From the NCBI GenBank assembly GCA_013265495.1, contig MU058337.1, forward strand, positions 2,138,686 to 2,202,685: a DNA stretch of 64,000 nt. Reading direction: 5' to 3'. The notes under the pieces were generated by a model. That model searched no databases. It was not told the origin of the DNA and saw only the letters and a program-made list of their open reading frames with translations. This document shows positions 9,326 through 23,719 of this stretch, piece after piece. A program made the translations under genes and the position numbers. Positions within the stretch are counted from its first letter, which is position 1; the number at the start of each line of letters is the position of its first letter. The DNA comes from Vicugna vicugna (Eukaryota).

Positions 9326-11711
9326 AGACGCAGCCGTCGACAAGGAAGCCGTCTCCTTTCGTCCTTCCTTGAATGCCATGCTTCTCTAACTTTTCCTTTT
9401 ACAGAGTAGAACACTAAGTTTTATAAAACCTAAATTTGTGCAAAGTGGGGAAAAAGCCCTCTGTGCTTGCCTCTGAGTAGTCAGACTCGTCTGAACATTC
9501 TAGATGCTGGCGTCTGTGTCCCCGCGGCTCAGGTGCCCCCAGCCACGCCGGCTGGGCTGAGGGCATCTGTATCGGTTTCACCAGCCAGAGTGTGTGCACT
9601 GTGGGTGACTGCTTCTCTCTCCTCTCTCGCCTCGCTGAGCAGGGTGGACAGGCTCTCGGGCACCTCCGGAGGCCCACGCGGCAGATTCCCACCAGGACAG
9701 CCGTGGGTGGCCAGTCACAGAGAGAAACCAAACCTTTTGTTGGGCTGCTTGATAAATGCCCGTATCTGAGAAGTTGTTTACTTTTGCCCTAACAAAAAAG
9801 TTGATGTCCACCTATTTTCATACATTTTGGTGATACATTTCTATCCTACCACATTAAGAGCTCAAAATACCTGTTCTTGGGCAGTTGACAGGAGCTTAAC
9901 AAAAATCACAGTAAGTTATGGTTTCTGGGTTTTCTAAAGAACATGCCTTCTTCAAGGCCTTAAATACGTTTCAAAAAATTAATGAAATGGAATCATTAAT
10001 TTTTCCCCTTTTACCCACCGCAGACTGTTTTATAGAGGATTTAATCCATTGGTATGCTACCAAAGGGAAGACATGTTTTCCAAGGTAAATTTGCTCTTGA
10101 GAAATAATCAGGCTGCTTTGGATGAATTTTGAAGTCTCTGTATTTCAAAGAAGTAGCATTTAAAGTATGAAATTATAATTGGCTATTTCTGTCAAACTGA
10201 AAAAAGGCTCTATCCCTGTCAGTAATTAATTTTAGATATATAGTGATTCTAAAATTTTTCGTCTTTTAAATTAACTGCATATTAGCACATTTTGGTCCGT
10301 GAGTTTATTTTTCTTTTTTTTTTCTCAAAGATGCATTAAGAGAGAAAAGCTTTTAAACAGACTTAATTAACAGCCAGAAATGACATGATTTATTTTCGTG
10401 AATTGTACGTATGGCTGTGGTTCTTCCTGTGCCATATTTTGAATACATTAAAATATTCTTTACATTATGATGCTTTATAAATTATGCCCAACAGCTCTGG
10501 GGAAAATAGCTATTATATCCTTAGGAAGATAAAATAATCCTCATTCCTCTGGGACTTTAACATTGAAGAGGTTTATAAACTGTAGAATGTGGGGGCTGAA
10601 ACCGTTCTCCTTGTTTTCTTTTGTGTTTCTAATTAGGCACCATAAAATGCAGAGAAGAGCAGGCATGGAAAGTCATAAAAGTAAAAAGGTTGTATATCTT
10701 CACTGTACTTCAAATGTATATTGACGCATTTTGTCTTCAGAGTAAATAAGCTGAGGAAAACCATTAAATATATATACATGTTCGTATATACATATTTTAT
10801 ATATATGACTTTTGTTAAGCTGTCAGCTTTCCAAGAAAGATTGTTTTGAGCTCTTAATCTGGTGATGTAGAAATTTATCACAAAGTTGTATGAAAATAGG
10901 TGTGCTTAGATATTGTTGTTAGTCAGAATATATAAAACATACGTGTGTGTATAGATATATATTACACAAGCATATTAGATCTAGAAATATATATGTACTT
11001 TTAGGATCGCTATATTGGAGGCTAGTAAAAGGGTTGCTATTTCCCTGGGTTACTGCTACACACATTTTAAAACCAAACAAAGTAGATTTACTAGCGATGA
11101 CATTTTAAAACAGGAACATTTGGCCGATTGGGAAGGTGAGCTGATTCTCTGACTCAGTTATTACCATGGCAACTCTTGGGTTCAGCAGTTTCATCCCTTG
11201 GCGGTAACCGTTGGGTGCTCTCAAGTAAAGCTCAGATGATTTTGTCCTCCTTTTCTCAGGGATGTTAAATGGAACCTATTAATAAACCAAAAAATGGGAA
11301 GACTTAGATTTAATGTTCTGATGAGATTCAGTATCCTTGAATGCAGATGTCACTAATGGTTTATCCAGCCTAAATTTCCCCACTGATAGTCAAGCAAACT
11401 GGGGACTCATTTCCCCCTCATTTCTGGAATAGTATAAGTTGGTCTCCCAGAAAGTGAAGGAAGCTTCTTGGTTCCTTTAAACAATTTTACAGATTATTTC
11501 TTGCTTATAAATTTTACTAATAAAGTAAGTATATTCCTATACCTACCAACCCTGAATATTTCTGCATTAGAAGGGGCAGGGCGTGAACATACATGCCTCC
11601 CTTGGAGGAAGGATGTAGAGACACACACACACACACACAAAACTGGGATTCTTTGGCAGTGCTTCCTGGACATTTTAGCGAACAAGGACCATAATGACAG
11701 ATGTTCTATCT

Positions 11712-14071
11712 TTCCATGTATAAGTGATCTCATATACTTTTTGTCTTTCTCTGTCTGACTTATTTCACTAAGCATAATATTCTCTGGGTCTTTTCATGTT
11801 GCCACGAGTGGCAGAATTTCATTCTTTTTAATGGCTGAGTAATATTTCATTTTATATATAAACCACACCTTTTTTATCCATTTGTTTGTAGATGGACACT
11901 TGGGTTGCTTCCTTGTTTTGGCTATTGTAAATAGTGCTACTATGAACATGGGATGCATGTGTCTTTTTGAATTAGTGTTTTTGTTTTTTCCCGACGTTTA
12001 TCTAGGAGTGGGATTACTGGATCATATGGTAGTTCTATTTTTAGTGTTTTCTGAGGAACTGCCATACCGTTTTCCTTAATGGCTGGACCAGTTTATGTTC
12101 CACCAGCAGTGTATAGGGGCTCCCTTTTTTCCACATCTTCTTCAGCATTTGTTATTTGTCAGCTGTTATGATAGCCATTTTGACAGGTGCGAGGTGTTGT
12201 TACTTTGTTTGGCATTTCACAAATAGTGAGTGATGTGTAGCATCTTTAAATACGACTGTTAGCTCTCTATAGGTCTTTTTGGAAAAATGTCTATTCAGGT
12301 CTTCTGCCCATTTTTCGATTGGGTTGTTTGCTTTTTTGTTATTGAGTTGTATGAGCTGTTGCTGTATTTTAGATATTAACCTCTTGTAGATTGTATCATT
12401 TGCAAGTATTTTCTCCCATTCTGTTTGGTCATTGATTTCCTTTGTTATGCAAAAGCTTTTCTGTTTAATTAGGCCCTATTTGTTTATTTTTGCATTTATT
12501 CCTTTTGTCATAGGAGGCAGATACCCCAAAATATTGCTATGATTTATGTCAAAGAGTGTTTTGCCTATGTTCACTTCTAGGAATTTTATGGTTTCTTGTG
12601 CTACATTTAAGTCTTTAATCCATTTGGAGTTTATTTTTGTATGTGGTATGAGGAAATTTCCTAATACTATTTTTTTTATACGTAGCTTTCCAGTTTTCCC
12701 AGCACCACTTACTGAAGAGACTCTCTTTGCTCTGTTGTATATTTTTGCCTCCTTTGTCTTAGATAAATTGACCATAGGTGCATGGGTTTATTTCTGGATT
12801 CTATATTCTGTCGCATTGATCTATGTGTCTCTTTTTGTGCTTGTACCATCATTTCTGATTACTGTAGGTTTCTAGTATAGTCTAAAATCAGGGAGGGTGA
12901 TACCTCCTGCTTTGTTTTTTTTTTTTTCCTTAAGATTGCTTTGAAAATTCAGGGCCTTTTGTGCTTCTATATACATTTTAGATCATTTGTTCTAGGTCTG
13001 TGAAAAATGTCATGGGTATTTTGATAGGGATTGCATTAAATCTGAGATTGCCTTGAGTAGTGTGGCCACTTTAACAATATTAATTCTTCTAACCCAAGAG
13101 TACAGGGTATTTTTCTACTTCTCTGTATCATCTTGAGTTTCCTTCATCAGTATTTTATAATTTTCATAGTACAGGTCTTTCACCTCCTTGGTTAAGTATA
13201 TATTCCCAGGTATTTTTATTCTTTTTTGATGTGGTTTTTAATAGGATTATTATTATTTTTTGCTCTCTTTCTGATAATTCATTATTAATGTATAGAAAAG
13301 CAACAGATTTCTGTATGTTAATCTTATATCCTGCGAATTTACTGAATTCATCTATTACAGTTTTCTGGTGGAGACTTTAGGATTTTCTGTTTAAAGTATC
13401 CTGTCATCTGTGATTAGTGACAGTTTTAATTCTTCCTTTCCGATTTAGATGCTTTTTATTTCCTTTTCCTGTCTGAGTGCTATGACTAGGATTTCCAGTA
13501 TTATCTTAAAGAGAAGTGGTGAGAGTGGGCATTCTTTTCTTGTTCCTGAATTTAGAGGAAAGACTTTCAGCTTTTCACTGTTGAGTATGATGTTAGCTAT
13601 GGGTTTGTCATAAATGGCCTTTATTATACTGACATATGTTCTTTCTATACCAACTCTGATGAGAGTTTTTATCATGAATGGATGTTGAATTTTGTTAAAT
13701 GTTTTTCTACAGCTATTGAGATGATCATGTGATTTTTATTCTTCAATTTGATAATGTGGTATATCACAATGACTGATTTATGAACGTTGAACCATTCTTG
13801 CATCTCTAGAATAAACCCCATTTGATCATGGCTTATGCTCCTTTTTACATGTTGTTGGATTCAGTTTGCTGATATTTTGTTGAGGATTTCTGCATCTATA
13901 TTTGTCAAAGTTATTGGTTTATAATTTTCTTTTTTTGCAGTATCTTTGTCTGGTTTTAGTAATAGGGTAATGATGGCCTCTTAGAATGAATTTGTTGAGT
14001 TTTCTGTCCTCTTCAGTTTTTTCAAATGGTTTGAGAAGGATCAGTATTAGCTCTCCTAATATATGTTTGGT
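11712..14071 (-). mobile_element. Truncated, decayed L1: ORF2 RT domain to C-terminus and part of the 3' UTR
   Basis: ORF-track peptides 13445-13675 ([40 protein letters not shown]) and 12476-12775 (INSKWIKDLNV...NIGKTLFDINHSN) are L1 ORF2; many stops and frameshifts. Confidence 0.95.
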
Positions 14072-15499
14072 ATTTCCCCCTATTTTTAAAGGTTAAATTT
14101 AGATTTCCTATAACAACACAAAAATGAGTATAATTTATAGACATGGAAGATAATATCTGTTGGTAGTGGCAGAAGGGAACAGTGGTATTTACAAAAAAAA
14201 AAAAATCTATGTATAGCCTGCTCTTGGTTGTATAGAATTTCCAGCAGACCTTATCAGATAAGAGCTTATGAGAAATTCTGTCTTTTTTTTTTTTTTTTGT
14301 CCAAAGCTTTCAGAGAAATAACCATAGTCTGAGTGGCTCTGGGATATGATCACAACCACAGCTTCAAGTTTTACCTTGTGTATGATCTGTGAGATTATCT
14401 TTATGTCCAAGTAAATCACTGCCATACTGTGAACCAACAGATGTGCTGAGTACGCTGTCGTGAGCCAAAAATAGAAATCATACTTCACAGCATTTCTCCA
14501 TAGTATCTGTAGGGGATTGAGAAGATCATTGGAAATGGGCTATGGGGTTCATCTATAAACTTTTATATTAGCATTTATAATTAGCATTTGTGAGAGTTTA
14601 ATTTGTCTTCCTCAACTCTACAGACTTTTCTTGAGAAATCACTAACATAAGGCAGTTACAAAAAAGCAGAGGATGTCTCTCTCCATCTTGAAGGAAAGAT
14701 GGGCATCCATATATAAATATGCAAATAGTATGTTTGTGTAATTGTAAAAGTGCTTAAAAATAAATTCGGTTAGTTTGGGAAGTCAGTGAAGAGAAAAAAA
14801 TATTTTTATTTCTCTTCACCTGGTAAAGCACAGTTTTCTAATTTTAACTAGAAACAAAGCAGGGCCTTGTTATTACTTCCTTTCATAGTTCCAGGGTTGG
14901 GGACAGCACAGACAAGGTAAATACAGTGGGTTGGAGATACTGGAAGGGTTAGAAACGTGTGAAGTAGGCATACTAGGTTAAGCGAGTTGCTGTGAGGTCA
15001 GTGAGGAGCCCACCTGGTCTGGTCACCTTCCTTCCCCCTTCCCTGTGCTGTCCACCCTGCATGGGGCTGTGCAGAACTCTCATGACTGACCGTAGTCTCG
15101 AGGCTGTTTCAGATCCGTGAGTTCGGTGATGGCCATAGTAAAGCAGAACACCACGTGCAGATAACGAGGGGGCATGCCACCTTGAGAGACTAAGAAACTG
15201 TAATAGAACCCACTGCAATCTGTTTTTAAAATAACAGAGATACAAGCTTTGCAGAAAAAAAATGTTGTGTCAAGTGAAGACCACACTCATTTCCCTGTCA
15301 TTATTTTATACTCCAAACACATACTAAGTTAACTAGGGCCAAATTAACTAGTTACTCTTCAGCATAAACCTATGATGAGTTTGAGATTATTGTACAGGTT
15401 AGAGTAAACCTTCCTACTGCCATGAAGTCCAAGACACACACAAAGATGCCAAACTACAGCAGTAAAGAAGAAATGGAATCTGAACGTCTGAGCATCAAA

Positions 15500-16060
15500 C
15501 TGAAAAGTAGTCCTGAGCATAAGTGTTTGAGTAAATGGAATGTTAAAACATAGGTGGACATGTGAGTCTTGAATTCTAAGGAAAAGTCAGTGCTGAAGAC
15601 GTAAGTTTTGGAGCACAATATGAAAGGCATTACAAGCTACACGACTGAATGGAATTAGCATGAAGTTAAGGGTTTATAGAAGAGAGAAGGGGCCCAAAGA
15701 TAGAGCCCCTGTTGTCTCTGCTGCATTATAAGGATGAAGATTAAAAATGCAAAATGAAACTGAGAAGGATCAGCCAGTAAGTGGGAGGAGAACCAGGGCA
15801 GGGTAGTATTGGGGGACCGCAAGGAAGAATGTGTTGAAGGAGAAAGAAGTAGGGGAGGGGTTTTTGTTCCTCGTTGTTACTAATAGACCATTCTTCTTCC
15901 ATAAAGATAGGCATCTGTGTCCAGTTCTTCTGACAGCACAGAAAAATAAGATGGAAATGTTGATCTTAGGTTTTGGTAACGTGCAGTTCATTGAGTTCAT
16001 TCATAGTAACATATTTGATCACAGAGTAGAGGTGAATTTGATTAGAATGAATCCAAGAGA
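15500..16060 (-). mobile_element. L2 LINE fragment
   Basis: Antisense L2 motifs: gtgagtcttgaattctaaggaaaagtcagtgctgaagac, actgagaaggatcagccagtaagtgggaggagaaccagg. Confidence 0.7.
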
Positions 16061-16997
16061 CACACAGGAGGGATAATTATCTGGGAGTGAGGATGAGAAG
16101 CTCGGAGATCATGCGCCTCATTTCCAGACTCAGGTGTGTGCTCTTGGGAGAAAGACAGGTGACCCTGAGGGGGCCACCGAGGAAGCAGGCTTTGAGCTTC
16201 TGTTCTCACCAAGTCCTCATTCCCTCTGGAATCCCCAGTTCAAAGACATGAAAGATAAAATGTGAAAGGCATTCTGCATTTTCTTTTTTGGATAAAATAC
16301 ATAACATTGTAATCCTGTTGTTTCCACCCAATTAGTATTTGGCCAACGTGAAATTACCTGACTCAGTAATGTGGTAAAAGGCATTGTGTGAAACGATGGT
16401 CCTGCCCTCTCTCCTCCTCCCTTTTTACTCCTGGTGGGTCTTTTGTGACCCATCAGGTAAACGTTTACCTTGGCTAACCTCTGAATATTAGCTGATCCTA
16501 TGGAAGGCTGAAACACCAGTGCTCCCCAGAATGCTGAAGTTGTGGAGCATGAGAAAAATCACATTTAATATGACTTCTTTCTTCAGTAGTGAACCATACT
16601 TAGCCATAACCCAAATAAACATTTAATTGGAGAAAACGATAATTATGACTTCACCCAGCACATACACACACATGCATGTATACATGTTATACCACCCACA
16701 TACATAAACTCATATAGAACTTTTGAATAATAAAAACAAAACAAAGAACAATAGGGCCATTTAATTGTATAGCTTTGAGCCTGCTGTATGGTACAATGAA
16801 TCTTGAAATCCAGAAAAGTTCAGAAACTTAAACTTCAAAGAAAAATTAGAGTGTAATTGCTGGCTAAATTTTAGTCATTTAATCAGGAAAGTGAACAAAT
16901 TGAAACAAAAAAGTAAAGGAAATGAAAAAACTGAGTTTTTACTAAACCGTAGTCCCCCCAAAATTCTGTTTCCTTCATGTTGTGTTTTGATATAGGA

Positions 16998-17606
16998 TGT
17001 TACATAAAAGACATAGAAGTTAAACTATGACAAAATTTAATGAAGGTGAGGGCCCTTGGCTTTGTGCAGGAAGGAATTCAAGAGCGAGCCACAGTAGAGT
17101 AAATGTAGATTTATCTGGAGAGATGCATGCTCCATAGATAGTGTAGGCCATCTCCGAAAGCCAGAGAGGCCACGAGGTGTGGGGGTGGGTGTTTAAAGTA
17201 CAAGTAGATACATTCTCCATAGACAAGTGCAGTCTGTCTCACTTGGAAGAATGACCATGAGGTGTAGGGGTTAGTTTTTATGGGCTGGGTAACTTCATAT
17301 GCTAACAAGAGAGGATTATTCCAACTACTTTGGGGAACGAGCTGGGACTCCCAGAAATTGGGCCACTGCCCACTTTTTGACCTTTTACGGTCTGCCTCGG
17401 AACTGTCATGGCACCTGTGGGAGTGCCATTTCCCATGCTCATATATTACAATGACTGTATAATGAAGCTCAAGGTCTCCTGAAAGTCAAATCGCCAACCA
17501 TCTTGGGCCTCAAGGTCTGTTGGGAGTTGAATTTTCTGCCATCTTGGTGTTAATTGCTATGTCATTCCTTGAATGCCTGTGCCCTGCCCACTTCCTTCCT
17601 ATCTCA
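16998..17606 (-). mobile_element. Solo ERV1-type LTR
   Basis: TG...CA ends, gcaggaaggaattcaagagcgagccacagtag motif, internal duplicated segment (ctccataga...gaggtgt), gccatcttgg motifs. Confidence 0.75.
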
Positions 17607-19289
17607 GTAGGTTTTAAACATTTTGCAGACAACTGTCTGGTGATTGCTTCAGGGGTCCTTAAAAAGTATGATGGTGGTGACTGCGCTCTTGGCTCTGAAT
17701 AACATTCTCTCTACAGAATGAGGTTGGAGAATAAATGTCAAGACTCTTTCTCTTTTATGGCAGACAGAAATTGGATCTTAATTTTCCTATTTACACCTTA
17801 CTCTCTGTCTAATAAACTTAGTGATATAAACACATTGAACACTTGATGCAGTTCATTTATACATCTTGTTCTGGCTCTATTGCGCAGGATTTCGTTTATT
17901 CTCCTGCCCAGTTGTCACTGGACACTCTTCCTCTGCAGATATGGAATAAGTCTTTTACCACATGTGACTTGTAAACATGGAGTTTTTGTCCTGTATTTAT
18001 GGTGTTGACTTCTATGTTAGACCATAGGCAGTAATAACTAGGATTACTCCTTTCAGTTAGCTCTTATGCTCACTTATTGGAACTATGGTCATAGTTATAA
18101 GTAATAATGACCGCATAACATTTCCTGGTGTAAAAGAACAAGGTCACTCAACTATTTCAACATAGACGTGAACCCCTTCAGCCTACTCAGTTTCATTGAA
18201 ATGTTAATAATGGCCTTTTCTCATAATAGCTTTTCTTACATCACTCCTTTTGTCTTTCATCCAAACAAACCAAGATCCAGACATCCTGGTATTTTCAGGC
18301 AACTCTGAAGGAGTTTCCCAGCAAAATTGCATTCAGTAAAGTTCTCCTAGTGATAGAAAGTATTTGAGGTCTCAGAGAAAATCTCACAGTGCTTAATTCT
18401 AGTATAAGCACAGAAAGAAGTCTTGGTATTTATTATCAGTTAAAACAACTTACGTCAACAGAAAAGAATCTCACTTCCCACCTTTGTCACACAATTTATC
18501 ATAAATTTCTGCTCAATTTATCATAATTTATTTATTAAAAAAAGAAGTCAAAATACTGAAGCTAATCTCCTGCAGGAAGACATTGCTTTATTGGGTGATT
18601 TTCCAAAGAATCCTTAGAAATATGTGATCCTAAAAGTCTGTGACCTAAGTCTATTAAACAAAACGGCATTCCTGAAGTGAATTCCAAAGTTGCTAATAAA
18701 TAGATGTGTATTTGTCAGCAATTTCAACTTCCCAGATCATTGAATGTATTTACTGTCCTGAAAGGAGAACAAATACAGTGTTTCTTCACTAGCTACTTAT
18801 ATGTTTTTTCCTGAATACTTTAGAGGACAAAAGAAAGATTGTGCAGAGATAATTTTTTGATGAAATTTTTTTCCCCATCACTGCCAACAGACTGTGATTT
18901 TTTAATGTTCATTTATTTGGCAAAATGCTGATTTAATTGTTGCCAGTTTTTTTTTTTTTATGAAAAGCTACATGATAAAGCTATTTAGCTTTCTCATTTG
19001 CAAATGGTGTCTCATGGGTCCTTAGTAAGGTATTGCAATGAATTTCAAAGGCACTGCCATTATTAGTTTACTGCTGTTCTTAAAAACCTACAAAGTTACA
19101 AATATTTTTATCCAGACGTGATGCAGATTCATTATCTAATGGAAGCAATGGTGAACTATTTAACTACAAAAGAAAATATCATGGATGCAGACATGTTGAA
19201 AGTATCATGGTTGCAGAAATGGTGTTAACTGGTTAATAGGCTATTTAATCAGTATGAAAAAAATACAACCCATGTAAGAAAAAGCTTTT

Positions 19290-21570
19290 CAAAAGATAAT
19301 GGGTAAGGATTAGCAGGAAATGGATTTACTCTCTTACTTCAAAAAACTGAGAGGGTGGACAAAGTGCATAAAACAATGTTTTACAAGACACTTTGCATCA
19401 GGGAAAAAAGGACAGTAATCCTTGAAAGATCAAAAATAAACAATGTGAGTGCTACAATTTCTCCAAATTACAATCTTTAAGAGAGTTTCCAGGTCATGAC
19501 ATATAGAGAGGGAACCCAGTCAGAATCCAAGGGAACCCTCGAGTTGGGGAGAAGATCAAAGTAGGTAGACTTTTCAGGACAATGTTGTAGAGAAATGATA
19601 AAGTGGACTGTGATGAGCTAACACTGTGTCACCCTAAGGTAACCTATTAAAATCATATAAAAAGTGTTTTATATATTAATAATTAATAAAACAAATACAG
19701 AATAGTGAGGATATAGACCTGAGCAATCAAATTAACCTAATTGACATGTAGAACATTCCTGTCAACACCTGGAGAATTCATAGTATTTTTAAGTTCACAC
19801 GTAACATTTACAAAGACAGACCATATTCAGAACAATAATACAAGTCTTAATACATTTAACATAATTCACTTCATGTAAGGTATATTTCTATTGACTATAG
19901 ATTAAACCAGAAATAAATAAGAAGATCTCTGAAAATTTCCCAATTATTTGGAAAGTAAATAACAAACTTCTAAATAATCCATGTGTCAAATGAGAAATCA
20001 AAATGAAAGTTAGAAAACATTCCACGTGAGTGGGATGCTACTGCTAAACTTCTTCCGGTGGAATGTGTGGTACTTGGCCTCTGTGTTAGAAGAAAAAGGG
20101 CCTCAAATCAGTGATTTGACTTTCCAACATAAGAAACTAGAAAAAGATATAGAAATTAATCACAAAGTAAATAGAAGAAAGAAAGTAATGAATAATCAAT
20201 ACAATAGAAAGCAAAACACAATACAGACTTGTTATAAAGCTACAGTAATAAAGATGGTATGTATTGGTGTGAGAACAAATAAATCAAGGGACCAGAACTG
20301 ATGTTCCAGAAATAGACCCAAATACTTATTGACAACTGATTTTTCACAAAGTTTCACAAACAGTTGTGTGGATTAAGGATAGTCTTTTAAACAAACAATG
20401 TTGAAATAATTGGGTATCCACATGCGAAAAAAAAAAAGATCTCTGATCCATACCTTGCCCCATATAAAATATTAACTCAGAGTTTATCTTAACTTTAATG
20501 TAAAACCAAGAACTATAAAACTTCTAGAAAAAAATGCTTTGTAATTTTGGGTTAGATACAGATGCCTTAGATAGTACACCAAAAGCATGCTCAGAAAAAC
20601 TGGTAAATTGGAATTTATCAAAATTAAAGCTTCTGCTCTTCAAAAGATACTAAGTTGATGAAAAGAAACCACAGATTGGGAGAAAATATTTACCAATTTA
20701 CATATCCAATAAAGAACTTCTATCTGAAATAAATAACTCTAAAATTAAAAAAAAAAAACGCCCAATTAAAAATGGACAATTGATTTGAACGGACACTTTA
20801 CCAAAGAAGATACATGGGCAGCAAGGAGCACATTAATAGATGTTCAGCCTGATAGCTGCAGTGGGATACAGCTACACACCTGTTTGAACAGGTAAATTTC
20901 AAGACACCAACCATAAACATTTCGTTCAGGATATGGAGGGAACGAGAATTCTCATACACTTCTGGTATGAATATAAAGTCATGAAGTTATTTTAGGAAAC
21001 ACTTCGACAGTTGCTTAAGAGTCTAGGTATTTCCCTGTAGAGGAAAAAATACATATACATACAAAGACTTGTACAGAAATGTTCATAGCAGTTTTATTCG
21101 TAATAGCCCAAGTTTTGAATCAGCACAAATGTTCATCAGCAGGTGAATGGATATACAAACTATGGTATATCCATGCAATGACATACTACTAAGTACTAAA
21201 AATGAGTGAGCTGTTGATATAGGCAACAATGTGGATGAATCTCAAAAGAATCATTCTCAATGAAAGTAGCCAGATTAAAAAAAGAATATGCTTTTTAATT
21301 CCATTTATATGAAATCCTAGGAAATGTAAACTAATATTAGAGCACATCAATGTTTGCTTTGAGGTGAAGGAGTCAGGATCAAAAAGGTATAGTAGGAAAG
21401 GTTTAAATGGGACATGAAGAAACTTTTGGGGGTTATGGAAATGTTCATTATCTTGATTGGAATGTTAATTTTAAGTGATTTAAAAATGTCAAAATGTATT
21501 AAATGGTACACTTCAAACGTGAGCTTTATAGTGTATCAGTTCATCCTTAACAAAGCAGTTGATTAAAAGA
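19290..21570 (+). mobile_element. Old L1 (L1MC/MD-like), internally deleted: 5' region, ORF2 fragments and 3' UTR
   Basis: ORF2-like text (tataaagctacagtaataaag, ccagaaatagaccca, cttctgctcttcaaaagatac) and 3' UTR (acaatgtggatgaatctcaaa, aatgttcattatcttgattg). Confidence 0.85.
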
Positions 21571-22649
21571 TAATTTTAAGTACTTTTATGGCAATATTTG
21601 GGCTTCATGAATGTGGATTCATAAACAATTATGAATTATGGCTTAAAAATCTCATTTTAGCATGTGATAGGATAAAAAGAGAAAATGATGATTGCTGCAA
21701 ATGTGTGCCAATGGAAAAATCTGTAATTCTTTTTTATAACCACACTTAAGATTTACCAATAGAATATTTGGTTTAAGAGTAATAACCAAGTGCCCCTTTA
21801 AAGACCTTTATTCATTCATTTACTTAGGCACACACCAAGTTATGTGCTTACTGTGTGAAAGAATATATGTGAAGACATTATATATCATGCTTGGAATAAA
21901 AAATCAGACGTAAATTTTGACTTCATGCCCTCACATAGAAAGAGGGCTACAAGATAAGGGCCCTTAACTAAATTATTTCAATAATTAAGTTGAACGATGT
22001 TTGTAAAATACATAACACAGAGCTTGATATACAGCACATACTCAATAATATTAGCACATCATTAATAAAGAAGAGAGAGTGATAAGTCCTGTGAAAAGGA
22101 TAAATAAAATATCATGGGAATTTAAGGAAGTAAGAAGTAAGAGATTTTTAGCCCTTCCCTCTCTCCGTCCCTCTCTCCCTCCTTCCCGCCCAACTCTTTC
22201 CCCCACCGCCCACCGTGTGTAGGAGGAGTGTATTGGGGAAAATGTGTCTTTAGTATGCTCCATGAATTGGATGACTTTAAGAGTTGATTGAAGGCTGTCC
22301 TTCAGCAAAAGGCTATAAGTCACATAACGATGAAGCTGGATAGATAAGAGAAAAAAAATGTTTAGCTCTGAATTCCATATTTTTCCTCAAATATTATTGA
22401 TTTTGTTTTCCTCTTCAATATAATCTTGTGACTAAAGATAATGAACTGAAAATAAATAAATAAATTGGCAGTTTTACAGAATACACCAAAATTGGAGATT
22501 TGGAACCTAATTACATATGCTGAGATAGCTACCTGCTCTTAAAAAAAAAAAAGAAAGAAAAAAATGAAACTAAACAAAAACAAATCGATCACATAAAAAA
22601 ATTCCCCACCCCAGGTTGTCTCCTGGGCTGCACACCTGTGACTTAGAGT

Positions 22650-22811
22650 AGGCCCTGTGTAGATGTGTGTAACTCCTCCTTATCTGTGGTGCAGAGGCTG
22701 CACACTCAACCAACCTGGGATCCTGCAGTGCTGTAGTATTTACTACTGAAAAAATCCACATCTAAGTGGACCTGTACAGTTCAACTCCACGTTGTTTAAG
22801 AATCAACTGTA
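22650..22811. mobile_element. MER8/Tigger2-like TcMar element end
   Basis: gaaaaaatccacatctaagtggacctgtacagttcaactccacgttgtttaagaatcaactg|ta. Confidence 0.7.
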
Positions 22812-23212
22812 AATATTGTTTCAGATAATCAAGTTTAAAGCAGTTTTTAAAACCTAGATAATTCAATATGATGATCTGTATCAAAAATTGTGGTAAAAAA
22901 GTCCACTCTGAAAAGGCTGATAAAATAGGTAACTTCTAGTATACAGTTCAAGCAGACACCATAGCATAGAAGAGTAATCTCAGTATGTTCAGAATTTCTT
23001 CTGGCTTATCAGAAAGGCAGGTTTTCTTTCAAAGACCGCAGTGGAAAAGGATGTATATCGAGACGCCCAGAGAGTACCCTCTCAAGTCCAGGGCAGTGCA
23101 TCTTCTATAAAAAGGGAGCGTACAAGCGTGATGTTAAGTGGGTACCAACTTGAGATTGCCTGAGTGCTAACCTGTGCCCTTAGTCCTGTTGTTTAGGCTT
23201 TTATTCCCCCAA

Positions 23213-23710
23213 GTTTTAAAACTGTGATAAAATACACATACTATAAATGTTACTGTCTTAATCATTTTTAAATATATAGCTCAGTGGTTTTAAGTACATT
23301 TATTTTGTTCAACCATCACCACCATCCATCTCTAGAACCCTCTTCATCTTGCAGAAATAATACTGTTTAGCATAGTATTAAACAACTCCCCATTTCCCCT
23401 CCTCCATGATCCCTGGAAACCACTGTTTTACTCTGTCTCTATGATTTTGATGATTCAGTATCTCACGTAAGTGGAATCATACAGAGTTAGTCTTGTTTTG
23501 ACTGGCTTATTTTGCTTAGCAAAATGTCCTCAAGGTCCATCCATGTTGTAGCATATGTCAGACTTCTCTTCCTTTTTAAGGCTAAATAATACTCCATTGT
23601 ATGCATATACCCCATTTTGCTTATCCGTTCATCCATCAGTGGACACTTGGGCGGCTTCCGCATTTTAGCTGTTGTGACTAATGCTGCTGCAAACAGGGAT
23701 GTGTGAATAA
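23213..23710 (-). mobile_element. L1MB 3' UTR fragment
   Basis: aaccatcaccaccatccatctctagaac...aagtggaatcatacag...gacacttggg. Confidence 0.85.
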
Positions 23711-23719
23711 CCCAGCCTT

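Noticed and set aside
12476..13675. Reverse-transcriptase-like ORFs
   Set aside because: Fragments of a decayed L1 ORF2; not a host gene, retron or DGR.
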